DNA of 63,763 nucleotides, counting the filler, from Octopus bimaculoides (Eukaryota), in the NCBI RefSeq assembly GCF_001194135.2. It is 9 parts of 9 records of this genome, joined end to end, with 100 filler letters (N's around TTAATTAATTAA, not from the genome) between each part and the next. Parts side by side here need not be neighbours in the genome. Positions count along the whole stretch, not along the records: positions 5,748 to 9,330 come from NC_069005.1; positions 9,431 to 24,600 come from NC_068981.1; 7 more parts are not named here. One strand, written 5' to 3'. A program made the translations under genes and the position numbers. This document shows positions 9,273 through 22,739 of this stretch, in pieces (position 1 is the stretch's first letter; each line of letters begins with the position of its first letter). The notes under the pieces were generated by a model, which saw nothing but the letters and a program-made list of their open reading frames with translations, did no database searches and was not told the DNA's origin.

Positions 9273-12200
9273 GTTAGTGTATTCGTCAGTGGGTTAGTGT
9301 GATTGTGTATGTATTTATCAATTTACATATNNNNNNNNNNNNNNNNNNNNNNNNNNNNNNNNNNNNNNNNNNNNTTAATTAATTAANNNNNNNNNNNNNN
9401 NNNNNNNNNNNNNNNNNNNNNNNNNNNNNNTGTTTCTTCGTACGTACGTATTTGTGCATACCTGTGAGTGTGAATGCATATGTGCGTGAATATATGTATT
9501 TGTATGGAAAGAAGTCTGGACATGTGTATTAGGAAACACTCTGCACATCATATAACTAGAATATGTATATCTTAGTTCAGATACCTATTCATAATTTTTA
9601 GAATTTTTTTTCTTTCGTTGCATATTACTAATTCGCTACATCCAATTTACATTTATTTAATCCAATGTAGTTATTAATGCGATCAGAAATAGAACATAAA
9701 ATATATCTATGTACAACTTCTGTCTAATTTCAATGCTATAAATAATCTGATTAGTATAATTTGAATGTATTTCGAATATATTATTATGACTTTGCATACA
9801 ATAAATGTTTTTGGCATGTCATTGTTTATCGAATAACATACTCAGACTAAGAAAAAATTTAGAATTAATTTTTTTTTTATTCTTCTCGTTAAAATAAATT
9901 ACCTTTTTGACAAACAAAAATGTATTCTTTACTTTAACTCCAGATACTCACTGAAAATATCGGTGTTGTTAATGTTTACATGAAAGTTTTCTTCTCCTTT
10001 GGAGAATACGTCTGCTCGTATGGTTATTTCAGCTTATTGTACACATTCATATACATTGAAGCCGTCTTTTTAATTCCTGATTTGTGTGAGTTGTGGCTTT
10101 TAACAAGTACAGTGACAGCATACAGATTTGTACCTTTCTGAATAAGCAAGCTATTACAAACATTATAACATATTTCATATGATAAGTGACAGATGTCGTT
10201 GTCAAAATAGAAGTTTTTTGCAGCTTTGTCTTTAAACATCAAACTAAATCGACTTGAATCGATGAATCATATATATTTTCACTTTGATATTCTTTCATCT
10301 AATATGATTTACAAGCAATGAATTACTGATGATTGCTATTTTATAATATTTCATATTCAAGTGTTTTCTGCTAAAAGAAAAGTATTTCGTGAAAAACGTC
10401 GCAATATATGATTAGCGATTTTCCTATTCAACTAAAAGGGGAAGAATCATATGATGTATAGCCATGTACTGTTATGAAACTTGTTTTGTCTCTACCTGAT
10501 TGAACATTCAGTTGCACCTTCCAGCAACTTGATAAAACTGAACCGCCAAAGCCCTGATGCGATCCAATTATGAGGACGAAGCATTAATTCAGTTAGTGCA
10601 AACTATGGAATCCCGCCAGTTGGAAAATTTCTACTCTCAGAATACATAAATCATTGCCCTATTTAAATCCACCATTTGACCCTTGGAACGTCTTTGACGG
10701 AATCTACTCAGAGTAGTGCTCCTATCAGTGATGTCCTGCGGATCCTTCTGTAGTGGCGGCTGATAGCAGTCGCCATTTTGCAGAGTTTATCCACGCATAC
10801 GCAGGGACTAGTCTTCCGGAAGGCATGCAGGGAGTCCCTCGTGCACACGCGTGGTCATCCAACATCCAAGCGTTCCCGCGTCTGTCTGCCTCTTTTGTTT
10901 GCTGAACTTCGTGGAAGCTAGACGTCTCGACAGCAGCTCTCCGTCAACGCTACAATGAATCCACATAGATAACCAGGGAGGAGGAAATGACTTCAAACCA
11001 CACAACTTCATTGACCGCGTCTCATCTAACCAAAGGTGACATGCTACCGAATTCCTTCCTAGTGTGAACAGAATTCTACTGTAATAAATATTTGTTATGC
11101 TGTTTTAGTTCAGAGTCCGCGTTCCGTTTTCTTCCTTGAATAATTTAATGTACGGAATTAGGATACACAGGATGGTGTATACACTCTTCCCTAAACTTTT
11201 CTAAAACCTTAAAGCTCATTTATTGCTAACGAATTTTATAACTGATATTTAGCTCTAGTAACAATGAAACGTTAGACTGCGGTGTTACTGTATCCGGACT
11301 CTAATAAAGAAGAGGTAGAAAAGTTTCGTGTATGTTTACAGCTGTGTCAGGGCCAATTGAAACAAATGGTCAATATTCAATCTAATAAAGAAACTTCTAC
11401 ATTCTCGCTTTACGTAGTGGATAAAAAAGTTAACCGCATAATCTTAGTTAAATTCTAATCTATAGTCTGGCATGAAATTCCAAACACAAAAGAGGATATT
11501 ATAGATTTACTTCCCCAAATAATAAGAGAGTATGGATACGGGTTTATTTTATTGTCGTGTATCTGTTACAGTAGATTCTAGATGACATATTTTCTGACTG
11601 GAATTTCGAATGACATATTGTCTGATAGTCTGAAAGTATGTGAGTGTCCATTGGGGATATATCTTTTATCTTTTACCTATTTCAGTCATTAGGCTGTGGC
11701 TATGATGGTGTACCGTATTGAAGAATGTTTAGTCAAATGAATCAGTTCCCTTTTGACGAACTGTTTTTGGGAATATAAACACACCAACACCCTTTGCCAA
11801 TTTGTACGAGGAGGAAGACACATATATAAAGGTGCATAAACACACACACAAACATATGCATATATATATATATATATATAAAGAATTGCAGCGTGGAAGG
11901 TTTTATTGATTGCCATGAGCACACCACGTTGCCATCCATATATATCTCAGTAAAAGAAAGCCTTTGTTCCAATGTATTGTTTAGCTCTGACAACGCAACC
12001 GTCGTGTTTCACTTCGAAGAAATGGTCAAGGGCCATTACCATCGCTAGCACATTTGTCGCGATGCTCTTACTAATCGTTGACGAATGCCCTTGCCAACTG
12101 CCGCTTAACTAGTTCAGTAATCTGGTCCCTATAGTAATTACGTGCCGGATGTAACATGCTCAATTTACAATAACCCGATCCTTGTTTACGGGTCCTATCA

Positions 12201-12689
12201 AACTCGATTGTGCAGATCACAAACTTGTGGTAGACAACCTACGCTATTTGTATCAGCTATCTTAACAAATACTATATCCAGATACTATCTGGATGACCCA
12301 TTGTGATTGCTTTATGTCCACATTATCACACCAGGGAAATACAGTCAATAACTCGCAGACAATTGGAAGATTCTCAGTAGGTTTACGAAACATTTGCATC
12401 CCATTTCCTCCTCCTCCTAAGCCTGCTTCCAGAAACATGTCTCTGAATGCAGGCTTAGCTGGTTGGAGGTGCATGCCTCCCCCTTGTGAACACAAGGACA
12501 CAGGAAATGTGTAAATGCCGACAGGAAGCGATGCAGCTTCCTAGGGTTAAATAGCAGTAGTAGTATTCCCTTTATGGGACTATCACATTAAGTTGACAGC
12601 ATACAACTACTTTATCGTTTCACTTTTGCATAAATCTGTCTGAAAGATTTAGAAATGTATTATTTCTATTATTAAAAATGTCTCTTTCA

Positions 12690-12778
12690 CTCTCTCTCTC
12701 TCTCTTTCTCCCTTACTTCCTCTCTGAAAAATTGAAAAGCACAAAACGAACGCCATCACCACTCACTGCCTCTTTCAT

Positions 12779-12825
<47 letters not shown>

Positions 12826-12938
12826 TATTTCTCTGGCCTCTCTCTCGCTTTGCCACTTCTTTCAAGAGTGACACACACCACAAGTACGTACAACTTATAT
12901 AGTTAGCGTATTAATATTATTGAAAATAATAATAACCA

Positions 12939-13031
<93 letters not shown>
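12690..13031. repeat. (CT)n, (TAC)n and (TAA)n microsatellites
   Basis: Direct reading. Confidence 0.95.
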
Positions 13032-13034
<3 letters not shown>

Positions 13035-13099
13035 GAAAATACTGGAAAATACGAAAACTATAAGAAGCAGCACATATGCTAGGACACAACAACCTCCTA

Positions 13100-13174
13100 G
13101 GCACATGGCCTAATGGTTAAGAGCGCGGGCTACTAACACAAAGATTCCGAGTTCGATTCCAGGCAGTGACCTGC

Positions 13175-13203
<29 letters not shown>
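13100..13203 (+). mobile_element. Short tRNA-derived SINE (family D) with (ATA)n tail
   Basis: A-box TGGCCTAATGG and B-box GAGTTCGATTCC are present. The cloverleaf stems are broken and a simple-repeat tail follows. Confidence 0.7.
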
Positions 13204-13205
<2 letters not shown>

Positions 13206-13647
13206 TCAATCTCACGGCACATGACTCTCCGCTGAATAATCCTAAACACTAAACAGAGCGCATTTACAAGTTACCACTGGATATTCTGAGAGCTCACGAG
13301 TGTACTTCTGGTTAACATCAGCTACGTACCACACATATTTCTTCATACGGAAGTATGTTTTTCCATCTACCAAACAATAATTCATGTACTTTCTTTTGGT
13401 ATTAATTTTACTTTGTTCGCAACAATAGTTTAATCTGGGTATCTTTCATGAAACCTATAGGAAATATATTACTCTCCTCCAAGACTGACAAGTTTAGAAT
13501 ACAGTCATTAGTTGTTTCAAGATATTTGGCAAGGTTCAATTGTAGTGGCTTTTTAAGAAAATTCAAATTCTCTCTGACCTGCATCATCTTAGACCCTGAG
13601 AAGCTTAATGCAATCCACGCCTGCTATTGGTGATACATCTTATTATA

Positions 13648-13880
13648 AGGCAGCAGCTTACGAACTGGATTATCAATATTTGTATCACTTAGTGTTAATT
13701 CGAATGCTTAGCGGTACTTCGCCCGTCGCTACATTCTGAGTTCAAATTCCACCGAGGTCAACTTTACATTTGATCATTTCGGGGTCGATGAATTAAGCAC
13801 CAGTGAATTACTGAGGTCGATATAATCGACTAGTCCCCTCCCCTCAAATTTCAGGCCTTGTGCCTATGATACAAAGGATT
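13648..13880 (+). mobile_element. SINE family B, degenerate
   Basis: GAGTTCAAATTCCACCGAGGTCAACTTT...GGGGTCGATGAATTAAGCACCAGT...GGTCGATATAATCGACT. Confidence 0.75.
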
Positions 13881-13992
13881 AATATTGCTGCTGTTGCTGT
13901 TGATATTGTTATTAATATCATACGCAAAGCAATTTCAAAGCCGTACATACGTAATACATTGTGTGTAAACGTACAAATATATATATCGGTGT

Positions 13993-14036
<44 letters not shown>

Positions 14037-14913
14037 ATGTGTATATGTATGTATTGTGTGCGTATTGATGTGTGTGAATTTAATTATGTTGCAATTATAT
14101 GTATTTATTCATAAATCTTTAACTTGGTATTTCATATTCTCTATCCTTACAATTTTACCAAATATGTAAATAAATATAGGAGTTGCACTGCTTATAAAGC
14201 GTATGAAGAAGTTTTGCAACAAGCACACACACCTACAGAAAATAATTGATTAATTGATTAGCCACAATTAATTAAGTGTTTCTAGATTTATTTTATTGAC
14301 ACACAACTTTGAATTATCTAACTTTAAAGAGTTTATTAATGGGTAATCGTTAAAGAAGAAAATATTATCTTTAGTATATAGTGTAACATTATGCAAACTC
14401 TCTGAATTATTGATTGTAACGCCTAAAGCCTTACCACAAAATATCTAACGTTGTAATTGGGAATTTTTCGTATAAATTTCCTCAATGGTCTGCATAGTCT
14501 TTGAAGAGGTTTTTCGTATTAAACATAAAATTATCTTTGATGTAAATTTCAAAATATATTGTTGATAGATTTTAGAGAATATAATTCATGAAATAGTATG
14601 AAATTAACTAAAGCTTAGTTGATTTTGATATTTTTAATTCATGTCTTCTGATTTACATTTCCCTGAATATCTTTGACACACACAAAAAAATCTATATTAA
14701 TATGTTACTATTCTGAAGATATAGACGCAGTCAATAAATAGGCGTTGAAATATAATAATGATTTCAATTAAGGTCAGATAGAAGATAGACGAAGTTTATT
14801 ATCATACATATTAATGTACATACATTATTTAATACAAAGTTACGTACAAACATATATGAATATAAAACCAGACAAATATGCATATATGAACATACGCACA
14901 TACATATATATTA

Positions 14914-14958
<45 letters not shown>

Positions 14959-15826
14959 TGTGTGTGTTTATCAATAAAATTTGAATATCGACTTGATTTA
15001 AAACAAGTTCTTTGACTCTTATATCTTTTCTTTTCGTTTCTTTTTCGTTAATTAATTTTTACCTTTGTGTTACTTTTGGATTATTTAGATATTATTTCAC
15101 ATAACGGCTTTTTGAATTCGTTAAAAATGTAATATTATACAACATCCATATTTCAACAGATGTTCTCATATGATTCTGTTTTAATTCTCTGATATAATAT
15201 ATCTAAAATAAATTCGTTCTCTAGATAACATAACTATATAGAACATAATATTATTTACGGGATATATGAAAGTATCACACACACACACACACACACTCGG
15301 ATGCAGAAACACATACTCACACACACACTCATGCACACACACATATACACTCACAAACACGCACGCGCACGCACACGCACGCACAAACACACACACGGAC
15401 ACACACATATATATATATATAAGCATCTGTGAATTCTGCGTGAATAAGGAAACGGTGGCGAGTGAAATTTGGTGAATAGAATTATAAGCACTCACCGAAT
15501 AATGACTATAATTTTTGTTGTCGCTATGGGGGTTTATATTCCCTAATATTTTCTATAGTCAATATACGTTGAAAGCCTATAATTCTATTTGCAAAAAAAC
15601 ATAATACATATATCTAAAAATTAATATATATATATATATATATATATANNNNNNNNNNNNNNNNNNNNNNNNNNNNNNNNNNNNNNNNNNNNNNNNNNNN
15701 NNNNNNNNNNNNNNNNNNNNNNNNNNNNNNNNNNNNNNNNNNNNNNNNNNNNNNNNNNNNNNNNNNNNNNNNNNNNNNNNNNNNNNNNNNNNNNNNNNNN
15801 NNNNNNNNNNNNNNNNNNNNNNNNNN

Positions 15827-15896
<70 letters not shown>

Positions 15897-16809
15897 ATAT
15901 CCTTAACATTATTGCAATGCACACAGATTGCTATAAAACATTTGATAGCATTTCTACATGGATTATCAGTTTACTACACGTTTACCTAACCCATATTTTG
16001 CTTACATAGTTTAGGTGAGTGTTGATACTTTTTCAAGAAAAAAATTCCAGATTAGATGTGTAATACATGGTCTTTCAGACTAGCAGGAGACGAATATAGC
16101 TTCAGTCTTGAAGCACGCCAGTGCTATTCTGGTGTCGTTGTGTCAGCTAGCATATAAACATCATCTGATCATTCCAGTCTTTAAAATCTAGAATTTCAAT
16201 GTCATATACAGTCACAGGCAATATGTTCTATACATCATCCACTATTTTTTCGTAGTTTTGATAATTATCTACTTTTTTTAAGTACGAGATGTTTCCGTCT
16301 ACAAGTGTTGATTTCTAGGTTGTAACGTTGTTAATTTCTTGATGACACTATGTCTCTTATAGGGTTTCTGTATGGGTCACTTTCTGAGAAACACGTCTTT
16401 ATACATCATTCACTTTGATAGTCTGAAATCTTAGGTGGATGGCTCAACCTATACTCTCCACCGCCCAAATGATAGAGGATGCAGTAAGGTTCTTTACTGA
16501 GACAACCAATATTTTCAGTATTCGTATGAGATGTACCTTAAGCGTCAGATACACCTTTGACACTTCTGGAATATGTTGATATGTCTTTGATACGGACCAA
16601 ATGTCTAAGATAAGAATATAAGTGGAACGATAACGGACAAACAAAAGATGCATCTGCTGGTGTACAAATTCAAATCCTGTCTGGTTAGACTCATAGTTAT
16701 TGTACACTAAAAACTCTCTACACCACATTACCCTGCACTTAGATTATGTTACTCTTTGATTACCCTCAGAGTACGCCCCTTTTGTACCGTTGATTGGAGA
16801 TGCGTATAT

Positions 16810-16840
<31 letters not shown>

Positions 16841-17574
16841 TACACACACATACGCACACNNNNNNNNNNNNNNNNNNNNNNNNNNNNNNNNNNNNNNNNN
16901 NNNNNNNNNNNNNNNNNNNNNNNNNNNNNNNNNNNNNNNNNNNNNNNNNNNNNNNNNNNNNNNNNNNNNNNNNNNNNNNNNNNNNNNNNNNNNNNNNNNN
17001 NNNNNNNNNNNNNNNNNNNNNNNNNNNNNNNNNNNNNNNNNNNNNNNNNNNNNNNNNNNNNNNNNNNNNNNNNNNNNNNNNNNNNNNNNNNNNNNNNNNN
17101 NNNNNNNNNNNNNNNNNNNNNNNNNNNNNNNNNNNNNNNNNNNNNNNNNNNNNNNNNNNNNNNNNNNNNNNNNNNNNNNNNNNNNNNNNNNNNNNNNNNN
17201 NNNNNNNNNNNNNNNNNNNNNNNNNNNNNNNNNNNNNNNNNNNNNNNNNNNNNNNNNNNNNNNNNNNNNNNNNNNNNNNNNNNNNNNNNNNNNNNNNNNN
17301 NNNNNNNNNNNNNNNNNNNNNNNNNNNNNNNNNNNNNNNNNNNNNNNNNNNNNNNNNNNNNNNNNNNNNNNNNNNNNNNNNNNNNNNNNNNNNNNNNNNN
17401 NNNNNNNNNNNNNNNNNNNNNNNNNNNNNNNNNNNNNNNNNNNNNNNNNNNNNNNNNNNNNNNNNNNNNNNNNNNNNNNNNNNNNNNNNNNNNNNNNNNN
17501 NNNNNNNNNNNNNNNNNNNNNNNNNNNNNNNNNNNNNNNNNNNNNNNNNNNNNNNNNNNNNNNNNNNNNNNNNN

Positions 17575-17625
<51 letters not shown>

Positions 17626-18387
17626 GGAGAGAGAGAGATAGAAAGAGAGAGAGAGAGAGAGCAAATATTTCAAAGCTGAGAGTCATTGCTAGCAAACTGT
17701 CAGATCATATAATAGCCTTGAGTGGCTCATTTTCGAGTTTATTCTAACAACTGCAGCGTTCCCTATGTTTCATTTTATCCAACTCTCTTCCGTCAATGGC
17801 TTGCTTGCCATTACATGTGACAACAACCTGACACTAGCATTCTATCCAATTTACCATCTTCTAAACATGCATCATTGATTTGCAGTACAAATATCACACA
17901 GCGAACCCATACAGACCTTATGAAAAGTCTATATAAATGTTATAAGCAAATCGTCGAAATCATCAGCAGTACATTTAACAAACTTATTTTCTTTCAAGAG
18001 TAAAAAACAAAAACACAATATTTACCTTTATCAATAAAAAAGAATCATTGCGCCATACACATCTTAATCATGGTGAACATTCTTCTAGAATCTTCCCCAC
18101 GAGATTTCTTCAAGTTGTGTGGTCTTGCTACAATTCTTGTTCTCCCAAACTTTGAATACGTAGGCTTACATTCTAGCTTTTCTACTTCAAATATTAATCC
18201 ATCTCTCTCAACAAATAATCGAACTCTGGAGAATTCATGTGCGATCCTTAATACTCTATTGTACTCACATCTTTGGGTACGGCTTTTCCTGTGGATATGG
18301 CAGACACCGCAATATGTACGATGTGTTTGATGTCACTGAAACTTTGCAGCTTCTACTCGAAAATCACTGTCTCTTCACCTTGTCTGT

Positions 18388-18830
18388 TACTCTTTTACTC
18401 TTTTAGTTGTTTCAGTCATTTGACTGCGGCCATGCTGGAGCACCGCCTTTAGTGNNNNNNNNNNNNNNNNNNNNNNNNNNNNNNNNNNNNNNNNNNNNNN
18501 NNNNNNNNNNNNNNNNNNNNNNNNNNNNNNNNNNNNNNNNNNNNNNNNNNNNNNNNNNNNNNNNNNNNNNNNNNNNNNNNNNNNNNNNNNNNNNNNNNNN
18601 NNNNNNNNNNNNNNNNNNNNNNNTATATATATACACACACATATATATATATATACATATATACGACGGGCTTCTTTCAGTTTCCGTTTACCAAATCCAC
18701 TCACAAGGCATCAGTCGCCCCGAGGTTATAGTAGAAGACACTTTCCCAAGGTGCCACGCAGTGGGACTGAACCCGGAACCCTGTGGTTGGTAAGCAAGTT
18801 GCTTATCACACAGCTACTCCTGCGCCTACA
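18388..18830 (-). mobile_element. SINE family A spanning an N-gap
   Basis: Tail at 18388-18454 and head at 18660-18830; the gap falls in the internal microsatellite. Confidence 0.85.
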
Positions 18831-20353
18831 GTAATGACCTCTTCACCTGATAATTGTCTGGATTCGTGCTCTCCCGCATGGCTCTCTTCCACTCATTTTA
18901 TAGTTTGTCCAACGCATTGCGGCCTAACCAGAACGCTATAGCCATACTTTATTTCTCTCCAGATCGTCCACCTACTGAATTTTATTCTTAGTTTCTGCTC
19001 TTATTTTCTAGCACGTGTTACTTGCAGAATAAATAAGTAAATCATTGATATGAAATTCAGTCGCGTTGAATGGCCGACAAATATCATGGATATTGCTACC
19101 TCCTCCACATCCACGAAACTCGGACATATATCGTACGCATTCATGATTTTCCAAATGGAATTTCGCCTCAATAGCTACAGTATTTAAATGAACTTTACCG
19201 TAGAGGAGAAGAATCCCAAAGCAATTGATCGAAATATATTGCATCATAATGTATCACGTATGTAATGTATTGTTGAACAATATTTTGATACTATCTAAAT
19301 CTCACCGATTGTCATGGATATACGTAAGGTATAATTTGAACTTCAGATATTTTCCATACAATCGGATTCCATTTGTATTTTTGGTTTAATATTAGGACGT
19401 CCAAAATTAATATTCACCTGCAATACAGAGTAATGCCATTTACACCATGGTCTGTTTTGTGTTATTCTTGTCCATGTTCACGTTATCTGTATGAATTGTC
19501 AATTCAGAGATGCACTCAGTCTAGAATAGTTAACGATGGTACAATCGTTCCCTTCTGATAACATTTCGTTCCTGCTATATTCGGGACTTGTACGCGATTA
19601 TTAGAATACGAAGAGAAATGGAAGGTTTAAAATATTTTATGTAACTTAATAGCAAATATAAAACATATTCGGTGCATCCGGTTTCGCCACTGAGAATATC
19701 AATGTGTCACAAACTTAAGTGGTTCTACAATAGATTAGCCTGTACACCCATACGTGTATGCGCAAAACAAAACTTTCTTACCAAATAAACACAACATAAT
19801 AAATAGACGCCACATGTGAATAATAATTAGTCTTTTAGAACGAACTCATATTTTCTGACACAAGTGTTGGGTTGATTCAAGAATATAGTAAAATGCTTCA
19901 CTTTATGAGAAAATGCGATGGAACGAATTTAGTCTTTCATGATTACCTTGGGAACTACATACCCTGTTACTGAGACCCACAGTTTCCAATTAACAGAAAA
20001 TGATTAAGATTTGTATATGATAGAAAATTGAATTTACTTTTTCTAGCATATAAGAGAGAAAGGGTACATATATTTGTTTTCCTAGGTATTCTATCGTGAC
20101 TCTACTTTAAAACATAGTTTTCGATGTAGTCCATACGACTGAGGACAGTTTGGAACACTGAGACACTATCGAAGTAAACATTCGTTGAAAATATCGAATG
20201 ATATGTAATTTTGATTTTATATAATTATAAAGAAAATTATATATGATTATAAAGAAAATTATTCTTAGCTCGTAATGAGATGGAATATTTCAAAAAGATT
20301 ATATTCAGAAAAGAAAAAAAATTGTGAATTACATAAAACATACAAATTTGCAC

Positions 20354-20384
<31 letters not shown>

Positions 20385-20827
20385 CATACAAAAATACCCT
20401 GTCGTTGATGCTGAAATTCCAATGAAGGGGACTTAGATCAAATTTAGAAGCTGTTTCTTTCTCTATTGGCAAGAAATCTTGAAACAAATTGAATAATGAA
20501 ATACATACATCTGCATATATATGTATATANNNNNNNNNNNNNNNNNNNNNNNNNNNNNNNNNNNNNNNNNNNNNNNNNNNNNNNNNNNNNNNNNNNNNNN
20601 NNNNNNNNNNNNNNNNNNNNNNNNNNNNNNNNNNNNNNNNNNNNNNNNNNNNNNNNNNNNNNNNNNNNNNNNNNNNNNNNNNNNNNNNNNNNNNNNNNNN
20701 NNNNNNNNNNNNNNNNNNNNNNNNNNNNNNNNNNNNNNNNNNNNNNNNNNNNNNNNNNNNNNNNNNNNNNNNNNNNNNNNNNNNNNNNNNNNNNNNNNNN
20801 NNNNNNNNNNNNNNNNNNNNNNNNNNN

Positions 20828-20871
<44 letters not shown>

Positions 20872-22461
20872 AGCATATATATATACTTGCCTCGGAGCTG
20901 GCCTTCAATTGGCATTCAGACTCGTCCTACCGAGGGCATCTTTGAGGACTTCGGCCCCACTACCTGGTAGCTTCGCAGCCCTCCACCCATGTGTAATGTC
21001 CTGAACTCAGACACATTCATTGTATATGTATCTCCTGAGACCAATTATCCGATACCCCATTCCAAACACCCTACCCGACATATACCCACACACCCAAACT
21101 CATATACCCAATACCTATACTTCACCCGCACCCATACCTAAACCCTACGTCCAATTAACTTGTTGATCATTCAACTTGTAACCTGAATTCCATGTCTGTA
21201 ACAATGCGTCGGTGTATCAACATTCGGACTGCTTTCTACCAGCTTCGCCGATAGACATACGGATAATTTCTAGTTTGACTAACAGCTTCCTATAAAAATT
21301 GCAGCTATTCTGTTTTTGCCTTGAAGCCGCCCTTCAGACGGTATTCTCGCCAGCTGGGAATTTTGTACGGTATTCAGATAAAAAAGAAAACTGTAGAATT
21401 CTAGGGCTGAAGGCCCAAGTGCCAATATATAACGGAAACAGGAAGATTTGTTTTCCGCTTAGATATGAATTTCATAGACTACAAAATATAAATATTCACA
21501 TTGCTACATTTGAAATCTTCTTGTTATAACTTTTTTATCTCGATTTAAATGTACGTGAAGGTAATTTAGAATGCCCAAACGTATTTCTGAAAATGTGCTA
21601 AGCCCGGTTGATGCTCATAGTTAATCAATAAGCGTCGGAGCGGGGTAAATACAGTAAACATAAGGGGAGGGTTTGTTGGTGTCACATTGAAGCGGCCCTT
21701 CAGAAATTGAACTTCCTTTCGATACTCCGTGGGAGTTCATGGTATGAAATTCGTTGTCATTGGTCCGATTCGATTTGGTCGCCAATGCTATGTATTTACT
21801 TTGAAATTCAGTAAAAATAGAGGTGTCAGTGGAGCCTCAATTAGACGTCCCTTTAAAAAAGAGACCCTCTTAGGACATTCCCTGGGATTAGGAGAGTTGC
21901 TGGTTTGAGTGTACACAAAGTTAACGAACATGAAAACGTAGCAGACAGAGAAACATCACTCAAATTTATATTTAGATATATAAATTATCGGAGAAAATAG
22001 AATTCACGAGGTTCTTTATAAATCCCTGCGATCGTTCATCCAATCGTTCATCGATCCCTCCCGAGTGAGATTACCTTAAGTTTCTACAGACAATTATCAA
22101 AATCTATTCAAATCGAAATAAACAAAATGGAGACTATAGAACGTGGTACCTTTTTAACAAGTCACCTGACGAAACACATCTGCTTCGATGATGAACCAAA
22201 ACTGATTGTACACCATCTAACCCACGGGAAACAGAAGCACGATGATTGAAAATGATTGTAGTGATTAAGGAAGTATCACGTGTATTTCAATTTCTTTATA
22301 ATTTCTATCATATATTATAAACTTTGTGGATTCGAAGGAATTCCTGAAGTTAATCCTGAAGTAAATCCATAATATCGATGACATCAGGTAGTCGAATATA
22401 ATGAGCCTGCTCTAAATGGCATAATATAAGGTGTATACAGAAATTTAAAATGATTACTGAT

Positions 22462-22660
22462 GTATATATATGGGAGAATTTACGAAAAAAAAAACAACAG
22501 ACGAAGACAGGTAGTGTAAACAACAAATAGATGTATTAGTTTAACGCTCGGGAATAGAGCAAGTCTTTAACGTTTCGAGCCTACGCTCATCAACTGAAAG
22601 GAACACAGAAAGAAATAAGGAGAGAAACAAGGACAAAAAAAGGAGAAAAAAAATAAGGAG
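22462..22660 (-). mobile_element. Hammerhead-bearing interspersed repeat (family 2), probably Penelope-derived
   Basis: Aligns, by eye at about 80% over ~150 bp, to 48865-49040 in the opposite orientation; carries the GAGC-loop-GCTC-GAAACGT motif. Confidence 0.7.
22564..22600 (-). ncRNA. Degenerate minimal type-I hammerhead-like motif
   Basis: Minus strand: CTTT | CAGTTGA-T | GAGC-GTAG-GCTC | GAAAC-GTT | AAAG. Helices I and II are intact; the core is mutated. Confidence 0.45.
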
Positions 22661-22669
22661 AAAAAAAAA

Positions 22670-22739
<70 letters not shown>

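Noticed and set aside
10490-11169. Possible solo LTR (TGTTATG...AATAAA...GATACACA)
   Set aside because: No target-site duplication, PBS, PPT or second copy could be identified.
13100-13172. tRNA gene (also SINE heads at 2730, 2893 and 63433)
   Set aside because: A/B boxes are present, but acceptor, anticodon and T stems do not pair and SINE bodies or tails follow.
16050-16740. Possible ancient CR1/L2 fragment
   Set aside because: No diagnostic motif could be read in any frame.
18049-18332. 94-codon minus-strand open frame with YCGVCHIHRKSRT (DHHC-like)
   Set aside because: The DHHC motif and downstream residues are absent, there is no start or splice support, and frames of this length arise by chance in 64 kb.
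19008-19247. 79-aa ORF with overlapping open frames
   Set aside because: No recognisable domain and weak splice signals.
22128-22250. C2H2 zinc-finger relic (SHLTKH...LIVHHLTH)
   Set aside because: No CxxC or TGEKP linker; spacing is wrong.
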